NCBI GenBank assembly: GCA_963796275.1
Contig: CAWCKY010000001.1
Location: 32,001-96,000 of the forward strand
Length of the DNA stretch: 64,000 bases
Source of the DNA: an uncultured Acidobacteriota bacterium
Lineage (GTDB): Bacteria > Acidobacteriota > Blastocatellia > RBC074
Direction of reading: 5' to 3'
Shown one piece after another: positions 29,989-39,987 of this stretch. The notes beneath the pieces are model-generated. The model was not told the DNA's origin. It did no database searches and saw nothing but the letters and a program-made list of their open reading frames with translations. The position numbers and the translations under genes are program-made. Every line of letters starts with the position of its first letter. Within the stretch, counting starts at the first letter, position 1.

Positions 29989-31224
29989 TCATCTGAAGTT
30001 GAAATCCGTCGTATATAAGGATGTCTGTGGCCAGCGCAGCATGGGGCTCGGTCTGGGACGCTCATCACCAGTTACTGGCGTGTTGAGTGTTTTTGGCAGG
30101 CTTCCCGGACCGGGAAGAAGGTGTCTAAAGTTGTCTTTAGACACCAGCTCCCCTGGAACGGATCTGTCGCATGCCCGCCTACTGTGATAAACACTGCTGG
30201 TAGTGGCGCCCGCAGCCGTTAACCCCTTGCTGACGAGAATCGCCACTTCAACCCTGCGGTTTTGCTTGCGGCCTTCGCGCGTGTCGTTCTCGGCCACGGG
30301 CTTCAGCTCGCCGAATCCGAACGGGTTGATCATGCGGTGAAGCGGGATGTCATGATTCTCCGCCAGGTAGCGGATCACCGCATCGGCGCGACGCTCACTC
30401 AGCGCGCGGTTCCTCGCCGCGCCGCCGTCTGCCGACGCGTAGCCGGTCACCTGAATGAGATACCCCTTCTCGCCCTTTGCTTGTGTCGCGATTTCATCGA
30501 GAGCCGCCTTGACTTCATCCGAAAGCGCCGCGCTGTTGACCTTGAAGTTTACGGCGACATTCTTGCTCGCCTCGTAATTGTCGATTTGTGAGATCCGGTC
30601 GTTAGTGGCCTGGATGTCGGCGCTGTTGGCCTTGGAGGTAGCGAGCGCCTGGTCAGCGGTCTCCTGGGCGGCTTTGGCCCCGCCACGAGCCATGTTGGCG
30701 ACGGCGGTCAGTTCATCGATCTGGCCCGACAGACGCTGAGCGTTTTGCTCGGCGGCGGTCAGCCGGTTCTCAGCCCCATCCACGCGCCCTTCGGTGGTGG
30801 TCACACGCGTTTCGACGGGAGCGACGCGCGCGTCGAGAGAACGCGCCACGCCGAAATCGTCGTTGGTGAATTTGATCTTCTCGGCGACCAATGCGCCCCC
30901 GTCATTGCCACGCCCTTCGACCTCGACTTCCAGCCCGCGCAGCAACGCGGTGACCGGATACGCCTTGGCCTGTCGGAACGGATTGCTCTTGCGCTCAGTC
31001 ATTTTTGTCGAGCCCGTCAGGGTCACGGTGACCTCCCCTCCGGCGATGTCGCGGACGATCATGTTGTCGGCATCACGGCTAACGATGATGCCGCTGATCT
31101 TTTGTTTTTGCCCGGCGGCGATGCGGGTGGCCGCGTTTTCCTGTGTCTGCGCGGCAGCCGGCAGGCACAGCGCGAGGGCGGTCAACAAGGCGGATAGCAA
31201 TCGAAACGACCTGGTATTCCTCAT
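29989..31224 (-). CDS. Secreted OmpA-like peptidoglycan-binding protein (OB-fold/coiled-coil N-terminus); C-terminal tail possibly foreign
   Basis: Signal peptide, NRALSERRADAV, GRKQNRRVEV. Confidence 0.9.
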   Translation of the reverse strand: MRNTRSFRLLSALLTALALCLPAAAQTQENAATRIAAGQKQKISGIIVSRDADNMIVRDIAGGEVTVTLTGSTKMTERKSNPFRQAKAYPVTALLRGLEVEVEGRGNDGGALVAEKIKFTNDDFGVARSLDARVAPVETRVTTTEGRVDGAENRLTAAEQNAQRLSGQIDELTAVANMARGGAKAAQETADQALATSKANSADIQATNDRISQIDNYEASKNVAVNFKVNSAALSDEVKAALDEIATQAKGEKGYLIQVTGYASADGGAARNRALSERRADAVIRYLAENHDIPLHRMINPFGFGELKPVAENDTREGRKQNRRVEVAILVSKGLTAAGATTSSVYHSRRACDRSVPGELVSKDNFRHLLPGPGSLPKTLNTPVTGDERPRPSPMLRWPQTSLYTTDFNFR

Positions 31225-31298
31225 GATGATAGTTTTCCTCCGATAGTTACTTTCGAAAATCACTGTTGTAAATTTCTGACTTCCGGCCGAGGTGTATG

Positions 31299-31313
31299 GC
31301 AAGTGATATGCCT
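31299..31313 (-). promoter_or_regulatory. Sigma54-type promoter of the OmpA-like gene
   Basis: Minus strand AGGCAT-ATCAC-TTGC, ~75 nt upstream of the ATG. Confidence 0.55.
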
Positions 31314-31564
31314 GAGAGAAAGTCGCGGTGGGAATGGAGAAGCGAATGTGTTTTCGAAAGTGGGCGCATCTTCAGTAAATACAGTGTCATTTATAGCGCT
31401 CGGGAGATATCCTTTTGGCATGCGATTCAGCTTATGTAGGTGGCCAGCCTATGGCGACTGCTGTAAAAAAATGATACATCGATTTGGTGGAAATGAGTTC
31501 GAAAATATGACGTTCGACAACGTACCGTAACCAGACCACCTTTCCTAACCAAAACCATCGGGTC

Positions 31565-32131
31565 GTGATCCAGCGATGCAAAACGATCGAGGAGGCGGTT
31601 GAGTTTCATCGCGAGTTGATCCGCGATCACAACCGGTTGCCGCACTGGGCGCACCATCTCCGCAACGACGGGAAGCATTCGCCGCTGAAAGTGCTCGAAG
31701 ACGCCAGAGGCAAGCAGGTTGAACCGTCCGATCTGCAGCGGGCCTTCGGGCAACGATACTGTCAGCGGATGACCGACGCGCGTGGCTTTGTCAAAATCGG
31801 GCGATGGAAGATCTACATCGAGGAAGCTTTGCCACGCACACATATCCAGCTGTCGTTTTGGGATGGACGCCTACGTGCCGAGTATCAATCACAAGTCCTG
31901 GCAGAGTACCGGTGCAAGTGGGGCAAAAAGGCTGACCGCCCGACAGCGATCTCACAGCCCATTCACTACGCTCACCCATTCCAATCGAGACAGATGATGT
32001 TGTTTGATCCATTGTGGATCCACTATCCAATGGATTTGGCTGCCAAGAATGTTCAGAGATCAGAGAAGAAACCTGCCGAAGCCGAACAGTTACGGCTATA
32101 TCTCGGGCCTGAACTGGTCAAATCCGCGTAG
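31565..32131 (+). pseudogene. Transposase C-terminal fragment (integrase-core/IS481-like)
   Basis: HNRLPHWAH..RNDG..SP..VL and RMTDARGFVKI; no N-terminus. Confidence 0.55.
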
Positions 32132-32303
32132 GCTCGTGACTCCACAATCAATGGGGCTTTCGTGCTCTCACGGCGAAATTATGAACCTACAAAGAGGGAT
32201 GCTGAGACTAGACCCAACAAGAAAGCCGGGTTCTGGCCAAGGCTTTCTGAAAATTTCTCACTTTAGACAGAACCAAAAATTTTAAGCTGCAATTGGCAGT
32301 AAT

Positions 32304-32339
32304 CGGATCCAGCCGAGATACGTATCTCGGCTGGATCCG
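32304..32339. repeat. Perfect 36-bp palindrome
   Basis: CGGATCCAGCCGAGATAC|GTATCTCGGCTGGATCCG. Confidence 0.95.
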
Positions 32340-32404
32340 TTGAGGGCCTCCCTCGTCATTAATTAAGCTAATTGCCGCTCAAGAGGAAAGCGTCAATGAA
32401 ACTC

Positions 32405-33118
32405 CTAGCCGAGCAAGCGATCGAACTCGGTTTTGACTACTTGATAACACTCGCAGCTGGTTGCTTCCAGGCCCTGACGGTCGAGGATCGTGATATGGCC
32501 TCGGACGTAGCGGATCAGTCCGGCTGCTTGCAGGTGTCCCGCAGCCTTAGTCACACTCTCGCGACGCCCTCCCAGCATATTGGCGATGAACTCCTGGGTG
32601 AGCAGCAATTCCGCTGACTCCACCCGATCGTGAGTGAGCAGGAGCCAGCGGCAGAGTCGCTGCTCGACGGTGTGCAGGCGGTTGCAGACAGCCGTTTGGG
32701 AGATCTGGGTGATCAGCGCTTGCGTGTAACGCAGCAGCAGATGTTGGCACGGCCCGCCCCGCCTGAACTCTTCCTGAATGACCGGCGCTGGCACTCTCAA
32801 GGCGTCGCCCGCGACCTGCACCACCGCCCGATTAGGCACCGTGTTGCCACCCATAAAGAGGGCAACCCCGACGACGCCGTCGTTACCCACCAGGCCCATC
32901 TCGGCGGTTGTGCCATCGGCCATGGTGTAGAGCAGTGAGACAATGCAGGTGGTTGGGAAAAGGAGGTACTCCATCTGTTCGCTCGATTCGTAAACGACAC
33001 CACCAAGCGCGAAGGAGACCGGATGCAGGGAGGGACGCAGACGAGTAAAAACCTCAGCGGGCAGGGCGGCGAGCAGCCGGTTTTCAGACGAACCCTGAGA
33101 TTTGGAGGAGATCGGCAT
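32405..33118 (-). CDS. Crp/Fnr-family regulator
   Basis: NRLLAALP, VGNDGVVG, CNRLHTVEQRLCRWLL, LTQEFIANMLGGRRESVT. Confidence 0.92.
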   Translation of the reverse strand: MPISSKSQGSSENRLLAALPAEVFTRLRPSLHPVSFALGGVVYESSEQMEYLLFPTTCIVSLLYTMADGTTAEMGLVGNDGVVGVALFMGGNTVPNRAVVQVAGDALRVPAPVIQEEFRRGGPCQHLLLRYTQALITQISQTAVCNRLHTVEQRLCRWLLLTHDRVESAELLLTQEFIANMLGGRRESVTKAAGHLQAAGLIRYVRGHITILDRQGLEATSCECYQVVKTEFDRLLG

Positions 33119-33318
33119 AAATAGCTTTCCTTGATCCTTGCCGGCCAAGGAACAATCGCCGCCGGCACACCAACAATCTGACCTCGATCTAACGTCGAGT
33201 GATGTCTCTTCCGGAAAACCCGTTGATGGTAAACAGTTCGCGGCACAATCTGACACCACGGAGTATAGCTTATATGTGTGCTTCCGCACAGATAGAATTC
33301 GGAGGCGGACGCCCGTGG

Positions 33319-33957
33319 CTATTGGCAATCCGGGCCGTGTCGGTGGCCGGCCTGAGTGAGATGCTGAGTAATCTCCTTACTAGGGGGAGGAGCTAGTCGC
33401 GTCAGTAGCAGCGCAATCTCGCCGAGCGGCAGGCAGTAATCCACATCTACGTTTTGCAGCACGCTGTACGGCATGGAGGAGGCAATCGCTTCCACCGGAT
33501 CCTGCACGATGGCTATTCCCCCGCGATCCTTCACAGCTTGGAGCCCCGCCGTGCCATCATATAGATACCCCGTTAGAACCACGCCCACGATGCGCGATCC
33601 ATAAGCGTGAGCCGCCGAGCGGAATAATACGTTGATGGCTGGGCGGAAGCGGTTCTCCTTCGGGCCGCGCGTGACCCTGACAAGGCCGGGCTCAAGCAGT
33701 AGGTGGTAATCAGGCGGAGCCACATAAATATGCCCCGGCCTGAGCAGATCAAAATCTGCCGGAACAGAGGCTGGGAGCAGCTCAGCATCCATAAGTATCT
33801 GGCGCAATATGCACGGAGCAGTCGGACCGCAGTGTTGCACAAGGAGAACAGAAGCGGGAAACCCTGCGGGCAATCCGCTAACAATCACCCTCAACGCATC
33901 AATGCCTCCGTAAGAGGCTCCTATGACGATAATGTCCTTGTTCGCCATACGTACCAC
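33319..33957 (-). CDS. cheB: CheB-type methylesterase domain protein, copy 2
   Basis: Near-identical to 24848-25453; the TAG of copy 1 is CAG here, giving 11 extra aa. Confidence 0.9.
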   Translation of the reverse strand: MVRMANKDIIVIGASYGGIDALRVIVSGLPAGFPASVLLVQHCGPTAPCILRQILMDAELLPASVPADFDLLRPGHIYVAPPDYHLLLEPGLVRVTRGPKENRFRPAINVLFRSAAHAYGSRIVGVVLTGYLYDGTAGLQAVKDRGGIAIVQDPVEAIASSMPYSVLQNVDVDYCLPLGEIALLLTRLAPPPSKEITQHLTQAGHRHGPDCQ

Positions 33958-34204
33958 CTCTATCGAATAGGATTAAGATCACGAAACTCGATGGCGCAAG
34001 AATGACAAAGTTGTATGGTCTAGTATATTGAAATTCTTGTTTGGCAACGAGCCCCCCCAATTCCCCACTGGTGTCCACCAGGCCCGTAGCCGGAGTGGTT
34101 GGTGGAAACGACCTAACTACTCATTTCACCAATAAAATTAGATACCAGAGACGGGTTCCAGAGCTAGTCCGTCATATGTGCCTACGATGTCTTTATCGGG
34201 TGCA

Positions 34205-34330
34205 TGAATGGCACAGGCTGGAGAACGCGCACGTCGAGGCGATCCGGACCAGGCTCGCTGAGTCGTTATCGCCGAACACGGCCAACAAGAAGCTTGCGGC
34301 CCTGCGCGGCGTGCTCAAGAAGGCAGACTT
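34205..34330 (+). pseudogene. Tyrosine integrase N-terminal (SAM-like) fragment
   Basis: HVEAIRTRLAESLSPNTANKKLAALRGVLK. Confidence 0.65.
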
Positions 34331-34766
34331 CATTACTGAGCCCGGCACCCGCGCCAAAAAGCGCTGAAAGTTTTACGCCAAATAATTCCGAAAGTGACAA
34401 AAAATAAGGTCGCCTCCCCCGCCTTTGTATGCCTGATAACGAAGAGGATTGTATCCGAAGTGCTCAGATCAGACCTCGGCTGTGACTGAGCAAACGGGTT
34501 CTGAGCATTTCGGATACAATCTGTTGAACTAAGCCGCGGCGTGGCTATGGGGTTTGTATGACGAAGAGGCGTAATCGAGAGGAATCGTAACGGCTCGGCG
34601 CCACCTCCGTTGGAAGACGAGTGCGTTGATTCCGCCTACGATCACATTCAGTGAGCCTGGTCTTGCGTGTTTGAAAGGCCGAACGAACACGCTTCTCCTT
34701 AATCGGCCAAGGGGCCATCATCTCAGCTTTGCTTCTACACGACTTGATTCTCCGCCCCATCTGGAC

Positions 34767-36023
34767 TCAGGAGGAATCCATCAGGAACGCCACGAACGTC
34801 TCCGCAGTGGCGTTGTCAGCCGAAGCTTGTATGGTTTCAATGATCATCATGCGGCCCTGCTGGCAAACCGGACAGCGGACTGATTCCGACATGACCGCCT
34901 GCTCATGATACGTCTGCCAGGTTCCCGGGCTGTCGGTCGAGAGGCCGCCATCTTGTTGTTCAATCAGTCGGCGGCACAACTCCAGATTCTCCTGCCGGGA
35001 GCGATGAGCCAGAAGGCCATAATAGCGGATTCTGACCAACCCTTTCGGGAGGATGTGGAGTAGAAAACGGCGCGTGAATTCACGAACATCAAGCGTCATC
35101 GTTTTGGTCGCGTTTCCGGCCGCATAGTCCTTGTAGCTGAATGTCACCCGGCCATCCGAGAGTTCCAGCAAACGATAATTAGAGATCGCCACCCGATGTG
35201 TGTAGCGCGCCAGATATTTTAAGACCTGTTCCGGTCCGCCGAAAGGCGGCTTCGCATAGACCACCCATTCCATCCCGCTCAATTCACGGAGCAGCTTTTC
35301 GAGACGACCTTTCTGCGTCAAATGGCTCAATTGCCCGGCACAGACCAGATTCCCATTCTGAAACTCTTGTCTGAGGCCAGCAATGAACTTGCGGCGAAAG
35401 AGCCGGCTCAGCACTTTCACCGGGAGAAAGAATCCTCGGCGACAAGCGATCCACCGGGAGTGATCCGGAGAGAGCCCGCCACCCGGCACAACGCAATGCA
35501 GATGCGGGTGGTGCTGCAAAGTCTGGCCCCAGGTATGGAGGACAGCGAGAAAACCAATTTCGGCGCCGAGATGACGCGGGTCCGCGGCGATCTCCAACAG
35601 CGTCTCGGAAGTGGCCTTGAAAAGTAGTCCGTAGAGTATTCGTTTGTTCTGCAGCGCTAACGTAGAGAGTTGCTCCGGCAGCGTGAATACAACATGGTAA
35701 TACTCACACAACAGAAGCTCCGCGGCACGTTCATCGAGCCAGGCGGCGCGCGCCGTAGCCTGACATTTTGGACAATGACGGTTCCTGCAGGAGTTGTATG
35801 CGATCTGATGATGGCCGCACTGGTCGCATTGCTCCAGATGCCCACCCAATGCAGCGGTGCGACATTGCATAATGTCGCGCAAGACCCGGCGCTGCACCGA
35901 AAAAAGGGGCAGCTCGTCGCGTTCCATTTGATCAAGGTCTATGCTCCTGAAGATGTCAGCCAGCTCCAGTCGCGGCTTATTCACAATCCCGGCTGGCAGC
36001 CTGCTGACTGAGCAGGTGGTCAA
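34767..36023 (-). CDS. IS91-family (HUH/Y2) transposase
   Basis: Zn finger CRTAALGG..CDQC..SCRNRHCPKC, HTWGQ..HPHLH (HUH), YLARYTHR (Y2). Confidence 0.95.
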   Translation of the reverse strand: MTTCSVSRLPAGIVNKPRLELADIFRSIDLDQMERDELPLFSVQRRVLRDIMQCRTAALGGHLEQCDQCGHHQIAYNSCRNRHCPKCQATARAAWLDERAAELLLCEYYHVVFTLPEQLSTLALQNKRILYGLLFKATSETLLEIAADPRHLGAEIGFLAVLHTWGQTLQHHPHLHCVVPGGGLSPDHSRWIACRRGFFLPVKVLSRLFRRKFIAGLRQEFQNGNLVCAGQLSHLTQKGRLEKLLRELSGMEWVVYAKPPFGGPEQVLKYLARYTHRVAISNYRLLELSDGRVTFSYKDYAAGNATKTMTLDVREFTRRFLLHILPKGLVRIRYYGLLAHRSRQENLELCRRLIEQQDGGLSTDSPGTWQTYHEQAVMSESVRCPVCQQGRMMIIETIQASADNATAETFVAFLMDSS

Positions 36024-36840
36024 GTGGACTGGCGGTGGAGCTCAACGCCAGTGTAGAGACGTGTACGTAAAGGGCGGTCGTCTTCAGACTGCGATGGCCA
36101 AGCAGCAATTGAATGGTGCGCAGGTCGGTACCGGTCTCCAGCAAATGAGTTGCAAACGAATGACGAAGCACATGTGGCGTGACGGTCTTTGTCAGGCGGG
36201 CTGTTTCACCGGCCTGCCGACAGATGCGATAAATGGTCGTGGTATTAATTGGGCGGTTTGGATCCTCTCCAGGAAAGAGCCACTGAGCCGGCCGGTACGC
36301 CTGCCAGAATTGGCGCAGCAAATCCAGCAGATGTGGCGAGAGCATGACCAAACGATCTTTGCGCCCCTTGCCATGACGAACAACGATGAGTCGCCGCTGG
36401 CTATCGATGTCTGTATTGCGCAAGGCTGCCACCTCCGAGACGCGCAACCCCGCGGCATAAGTGGTAGTGAGAATGGCACGGTGTTTAAGGTTATTGGTGG
36501 CTTGTAGAAGCGCTGTCACTTCGGCCTGGCTCAAGACGAGGGGGAGCCGTTTCTCGTGCCTGGGATAAGGAATCTGATCGATCATCTCCTGTCTGCCGAG
36601 AGTCACGTTATAAAAGAAGCGAAGAGCGCAGACGGTCTGGTTGAACAAGGCCCACGAAGCCTTCTTTTGCCGAACCAGATGGAGTTGGTATTCGCGGACG
36701 TGAGCCGGGCCAAGCTGATCTGGGGACCGCCTAAAGTGTTTGGCGAAATCGGCCACGCAACGAAGATAGACCCTGATCGTATTGGGCGAGTAATTCCGCA
36801 GCTCTAAATCAGCGGCCATCCTTTGACGCAAATCGGTCAT
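35977..36840 (-). CDS. Tyrosine recombinase/integrase
   Basis: YAAGLRVSE, GKGRKDR, HVLRHSFATHL, LLGH..TTALY. Confidence 0.95.
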   Translation of the reverse strand: MTDLRQRMAADLELRNYSPNTIRVYLRCVADFAKHFRRSPDQLGPAHVREYQLHLVRQKKASWALFNQTVCALRFFYNVTLGRQEMIDQIPYPRHEKRLPLVLSQAEVTALLQATNNLKHRAILTTTYAAGLRVSEVAALRNTDIDSQRRLIVVRHGKGRKDRLVMLSPHLLDLLRQFWQAYRPAQWLFPGEDPNRPINTTTIYRICRQAGETARLTKTVTPHVLRHSFATHLLETGTDLRTIQLLLGHRSLKTTALYVHVSTLALSSTASPLDHLLSQQAASRDCE

Positions 36841-36990
36841 ACAGAGACTCCTTTCACGACTGAAATAAAATGAGATACAAAACGAAAAGCCCTGCAGAAG
36901 CTATTTCAGCAGTGGCGATAAAAGGATAGGGCTCTGTTAGGAGATAAAGGAAGAACTGAGTGTGCGATGGACGATTGAACTGAACGGAGG

Positions 36991-37455
36991 TTAGGTTTTT
37001 AGTATGACCTGCGTCCCGTCGGGTAGGTCTCTGATCTGCTGGTGAATTGACGCATATACGCCGTAATGTTCTGTGACGCTCAAGATTGCCGTATTCTCCA
37101 CCGTGTATCCCCCACCAAGTATCGGCGGAATGATAAAGCTGTAGCACTGGCCCGCGTATAGTATCTTGCCGGCCTTTACCAAACTATCCACGAGAGGAAT
37201 CATGAGCCAATCGGAAGCATTATCATCTTCATCAATCTTGCGACTGAATTCATCCCTGTTTTCTGCCAATTGTTCTATGGTTCCACGACCAATCTCGATC
37301 ATGTGGACAGTACCGTCATTAAAAACCAGAAAGAGATCGCCATATCGGTTTATTAGCCAAACAGTAAACTCTTCGGGCAATAGCCAAGCCCAATCGGCTA
37401 GCAGAGTTGGCCAATCAAAATCATTATGATCAATTATGTAGTCGGTGATCATCAT
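36991..37455 (-). CDS. Tdi1/DUF1851-like toxin immunity protein (orphan)
   Basis: W.WLL..NRYGDLF and GQCYSFIIPPILGG.YTVEN motifs. Confidence 0.75.
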   Translation of the reverse strand: MMITDYIIDHNDFDWPTLLADWAWLLPEEFTVWLINRYGDLFLVFNDGTVHMIEIGRGTIEQLAENRDEFSRKIDEDDNASDWLMIPLVDSLVKAGKILYAGQCYSFIIPPILGGGYTVENTAILSVTEHYGVYASIHQQIRDLPDGTQVILKT

Positions 37456-37895
37456 TCTCCCTTACCCTGATGGGAGCCGAAAGCGTTAATGCACTGATAC
37501 CCCATGCATGTCGGATAATCCAGTAAGGACTACCGCGTATGATAATTTGGCATTGCTGAAACTTCCATGCTTTTTCACGGTTGGTCTCTTCTATGTGATA
37601 CTCAGTGCCGCTCAATCCTTTCCCGACAGGTGTGATGTCTCCTTTGGGAGCCAGAGTTGCTGTAGTGATATAAATCAAAGCCACGTCCCAGAAGGGGACC
37701 CAGTTCAGCCGAAAATAGATTGAGCGAATGGGTACAAAGAAGCCCGGCAAGCAGAAAGTGAAGACTACCGCGAAGCGGTTTAGTTCAACAGATTTTATCT
37801 GGCATAAGAGAAGGGGTCGAGGTATAAACCGCGAGGGAGATGAGCCCGATCCGATGGAGCGAGGTCGATCTTGTTAACGGGCACAATAATATTGA

Positions 37896-38471
37896 ATGAC
37901 TTATCACACATCGACACTCTATTGCTTTGTTGACGAGACCGGTCAAGAGACAGAGGGACGATTTTTCCTGGTTTCAGTGGTGATCGCTGATCAGGAATAT
38001 GGACAGATGGCCATGGCGCTGGAGGAAATAGAGCACGCTTCTAAGAAGAGCATTGGTAAATGGCGCAAGACAACCTTTGAAATCAGAATCGCATACCTGG
38101 AAGCAGTCCTAAAAAACCCTCTCTTCGTTGACACTATCTATTTCGCCCAGTACGCCGGCTCTCAAGACTACTTAGATCTGACAGTCCAGACGACAGCCAA
38201 TGCAATTCGTTGCAGAACAGTCTCTGATGACTACATTGCCACCATTACGGTCGATGGATTGAAAGGCAAAGAAGTCGATAAGTTCAAGAGGCGTTTAAGA
38301 ATGTTGAATATCAGTGTCCGGAAAGTCAGGGGCGCACGGGACGAAAGCGATCCAATGATCAGGCTCGCTGACGCCTTTGCCGGTTTTATTCGTGACTACC
38401 TGGAAGGTCAAACCTACGCTCAGCAGATGTTTGAGAGAGCGGTCAACGCGGGTGTAGTGCGGGAGTTATAA
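37896..38471 (+). CDS. DUF3800 family protein (RNase H-like acidic motifs)
   Basis: YCFVDETG at the N-terminus; IRLADAFAG at the C-terminus. Confidence 0.85.
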   Translation: MTYHTSTLYCFVDETGQETEGRFFLVSVVIADQEYGQMAMALEEIEHASKKSIGKWRKTTFEIRIAYLEAVLKNPLFVDTIYFAQYAGSQDYLDLTVQTTANAIRCRTVSDDYIATITVDGLKGKEVDKFKRRLRMLNISVRKVRGARDESDPMIRLADAFAGFIRDYLEGQTYAQQMFERAVNAGVVREL

Positions 38472-38569
38472 AAAGAAAACCCTCCGACAAAGGAGGGTGG
38501 AGCAACCTACATCAGCGTTTGGCCTTGCTGATAACCCGCCATACGGACGGTGTTCGGTTGCTGCTTCCA
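38471..38569 (-). ncRNA. Putative ~100-nt structured small RNA convergent on the DUF3800 gene
   Basis: Promoter TTGACC-N17-TATTCT (38603-38575), three-way junction, intrinsic terminator ACCCTCC/GGAGGGT + U-tract. Confidence 0.7.
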
Positions 38570-38914
38570 CGTACAGAATACGAAATTCAGTATTACCGGT
38601 CAAGCGACCCCAGTTCCCCGCCGTAACCTGGATCGGTCGAACAACCGACCAAACGGCCCGTGCAACCGCATTGAAGCTGCCGACCTTTAGCCAAGAGCAT
38701 AGCGGCGATGCGACCAGGTCAACGGCGCTCTCGTCGCCAATTGTGGGTTCCGGGAGAAATTGATTTTTGTTGCTAAAATGGCGTTACTACTCGATAACTA
38801 AATATATTTAATGTTGACAGATTCCCATTAAATCAATCACTAATTAATAAGTCGTTGACTCAAAAAGCCGGAAGCGATTCCTCGGCCCTGACTCAAAGGC
38901 AGATCGAGGCATAG

Positions 38915-39420
38915 ATGAAACCTGTACTTTTACAATCAGCACTGGATCGGATCGCCCGTGCCAAAATCAGCCAGTTAGTCTGCGGTATCCGCTTCGAGCC
39001 ACAATATTCTGTGCTCGACCGGATTGGTACTGTTGTTGACTTCATTCTGCGCTCACCAGGCACACCTTTCGGTCCCAATGTCTTTCCTTTAAACACAATA
39101 GGTGGTGTCAGCCACACTCTGCATAACAAAGACCATACCGCCTCAATCAATATTACTAATCAAGAATTGATTCTCAATTTGCCATTAGACACAGCAAGCC
39201 TTGACCAGGTTCGAGAAACCATAGCGTCATTTCAATAGTATATTCTCGAACCGATGCGCAATGTCGCAGGTATCCAACACATCGTGAGATATGGCTTGTT
39301 AATCTCCCTCAGCGGTGATAAATCCGTTTTTCGTACTCCACCTATACAGCACTATCTCTCATCCGACTTGCCTGACGCGGCAGACCTCATAATGAGATTC
39401 AGCAAGCGACTGGGCAACGC
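38915..39420 (+). pseudogene. Hypothetical protein gene with an internal stop, truncated
   Basis: Two same-frame ORFs separated by TAG at 39236-39238. Confidence 0.5.
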
Positions 39421-39496
39421 GGGTCATTTGTGCCGGGCTTCAGAAGGATTGATGGTGAGCTTTCGGCAAATACGCTTGCCGAAAGCTCAGGGACAT

Positions 39497-39875
39497 CTCT
39501 AGGCCACTTCCTCGCCCTCTCATATTAATCTCGTCAGCGCCAACCCATGACAAAATGGAGTAAGATGTCTCTTGTATAAGAGACATGTACCAAGCTTTCG
39601 AAAAGGGTGCGCGATGAAAGGACGCATTACGGCTGCGGATATAAAACACAGGAAGGAATTCTAAGAGTTCGTTGTCTCCCAATCTGATAAGGCCTATCGG
39701 CCAGTCCTGCGCCGCCTCTATTTTCACTGGGAGACGTACGCCAAGGATCTGTTGGCTGAGGCGTCGATGACCCCGCCCTACATAATGCTGGTATCCCCCT
39801 CTCTTCCGCAGCATTTCGGGGATTATTCTCCAGTGAACGGCTTCGGCGGATATTCGCAGATTCGCATCCGTCCGA
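39497..39875 (+). pseudogene. Degenerate copy of the SprT-like gene with its upstream region
   Basis: Colinear with 27348-27722; CAA>TAA nonsense change. Confidence 0.9.
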
Positions 39876-39987
39876 GGCTGCTTCCACGCATGCGTCCGCC
39901 TTTTCTCTCTTAGTTGTATTGTGCTTCGCGTCGTCAGGCGACAAGTCGCTACGATCCTTGTGGCACTAGATCAATCAATGATCATAG

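Larger units (their letters stand above)
34518..37794 (-). mobile_element. Tyrosine recombinase + IS91-type Y2 transposase element with a passenger gene
   Basis: 20-bp terminal inverted repeat AATCTGTTGAACTAA(G/A)CCGC at 34518-34537 and 37775-37794; int-tnp operon inside. Confidence 0.85.

Noticed and set aside
35977-36840. Integrase as the integron IntI for the attC cassette
   Set aside because: It is only 287 aa, lacks the IntI-specific insertion before HxLRH, and is coupled to a Y2 transposase
39563-39590. TGTATAAGAGACA resembles the Tn5/Nextera mosaic end
   Set aside because: It is part of a palindrome conserved in the homologous context at 27410-27436, and the full 19-bp end is absent, so adapter contamination is unlikely
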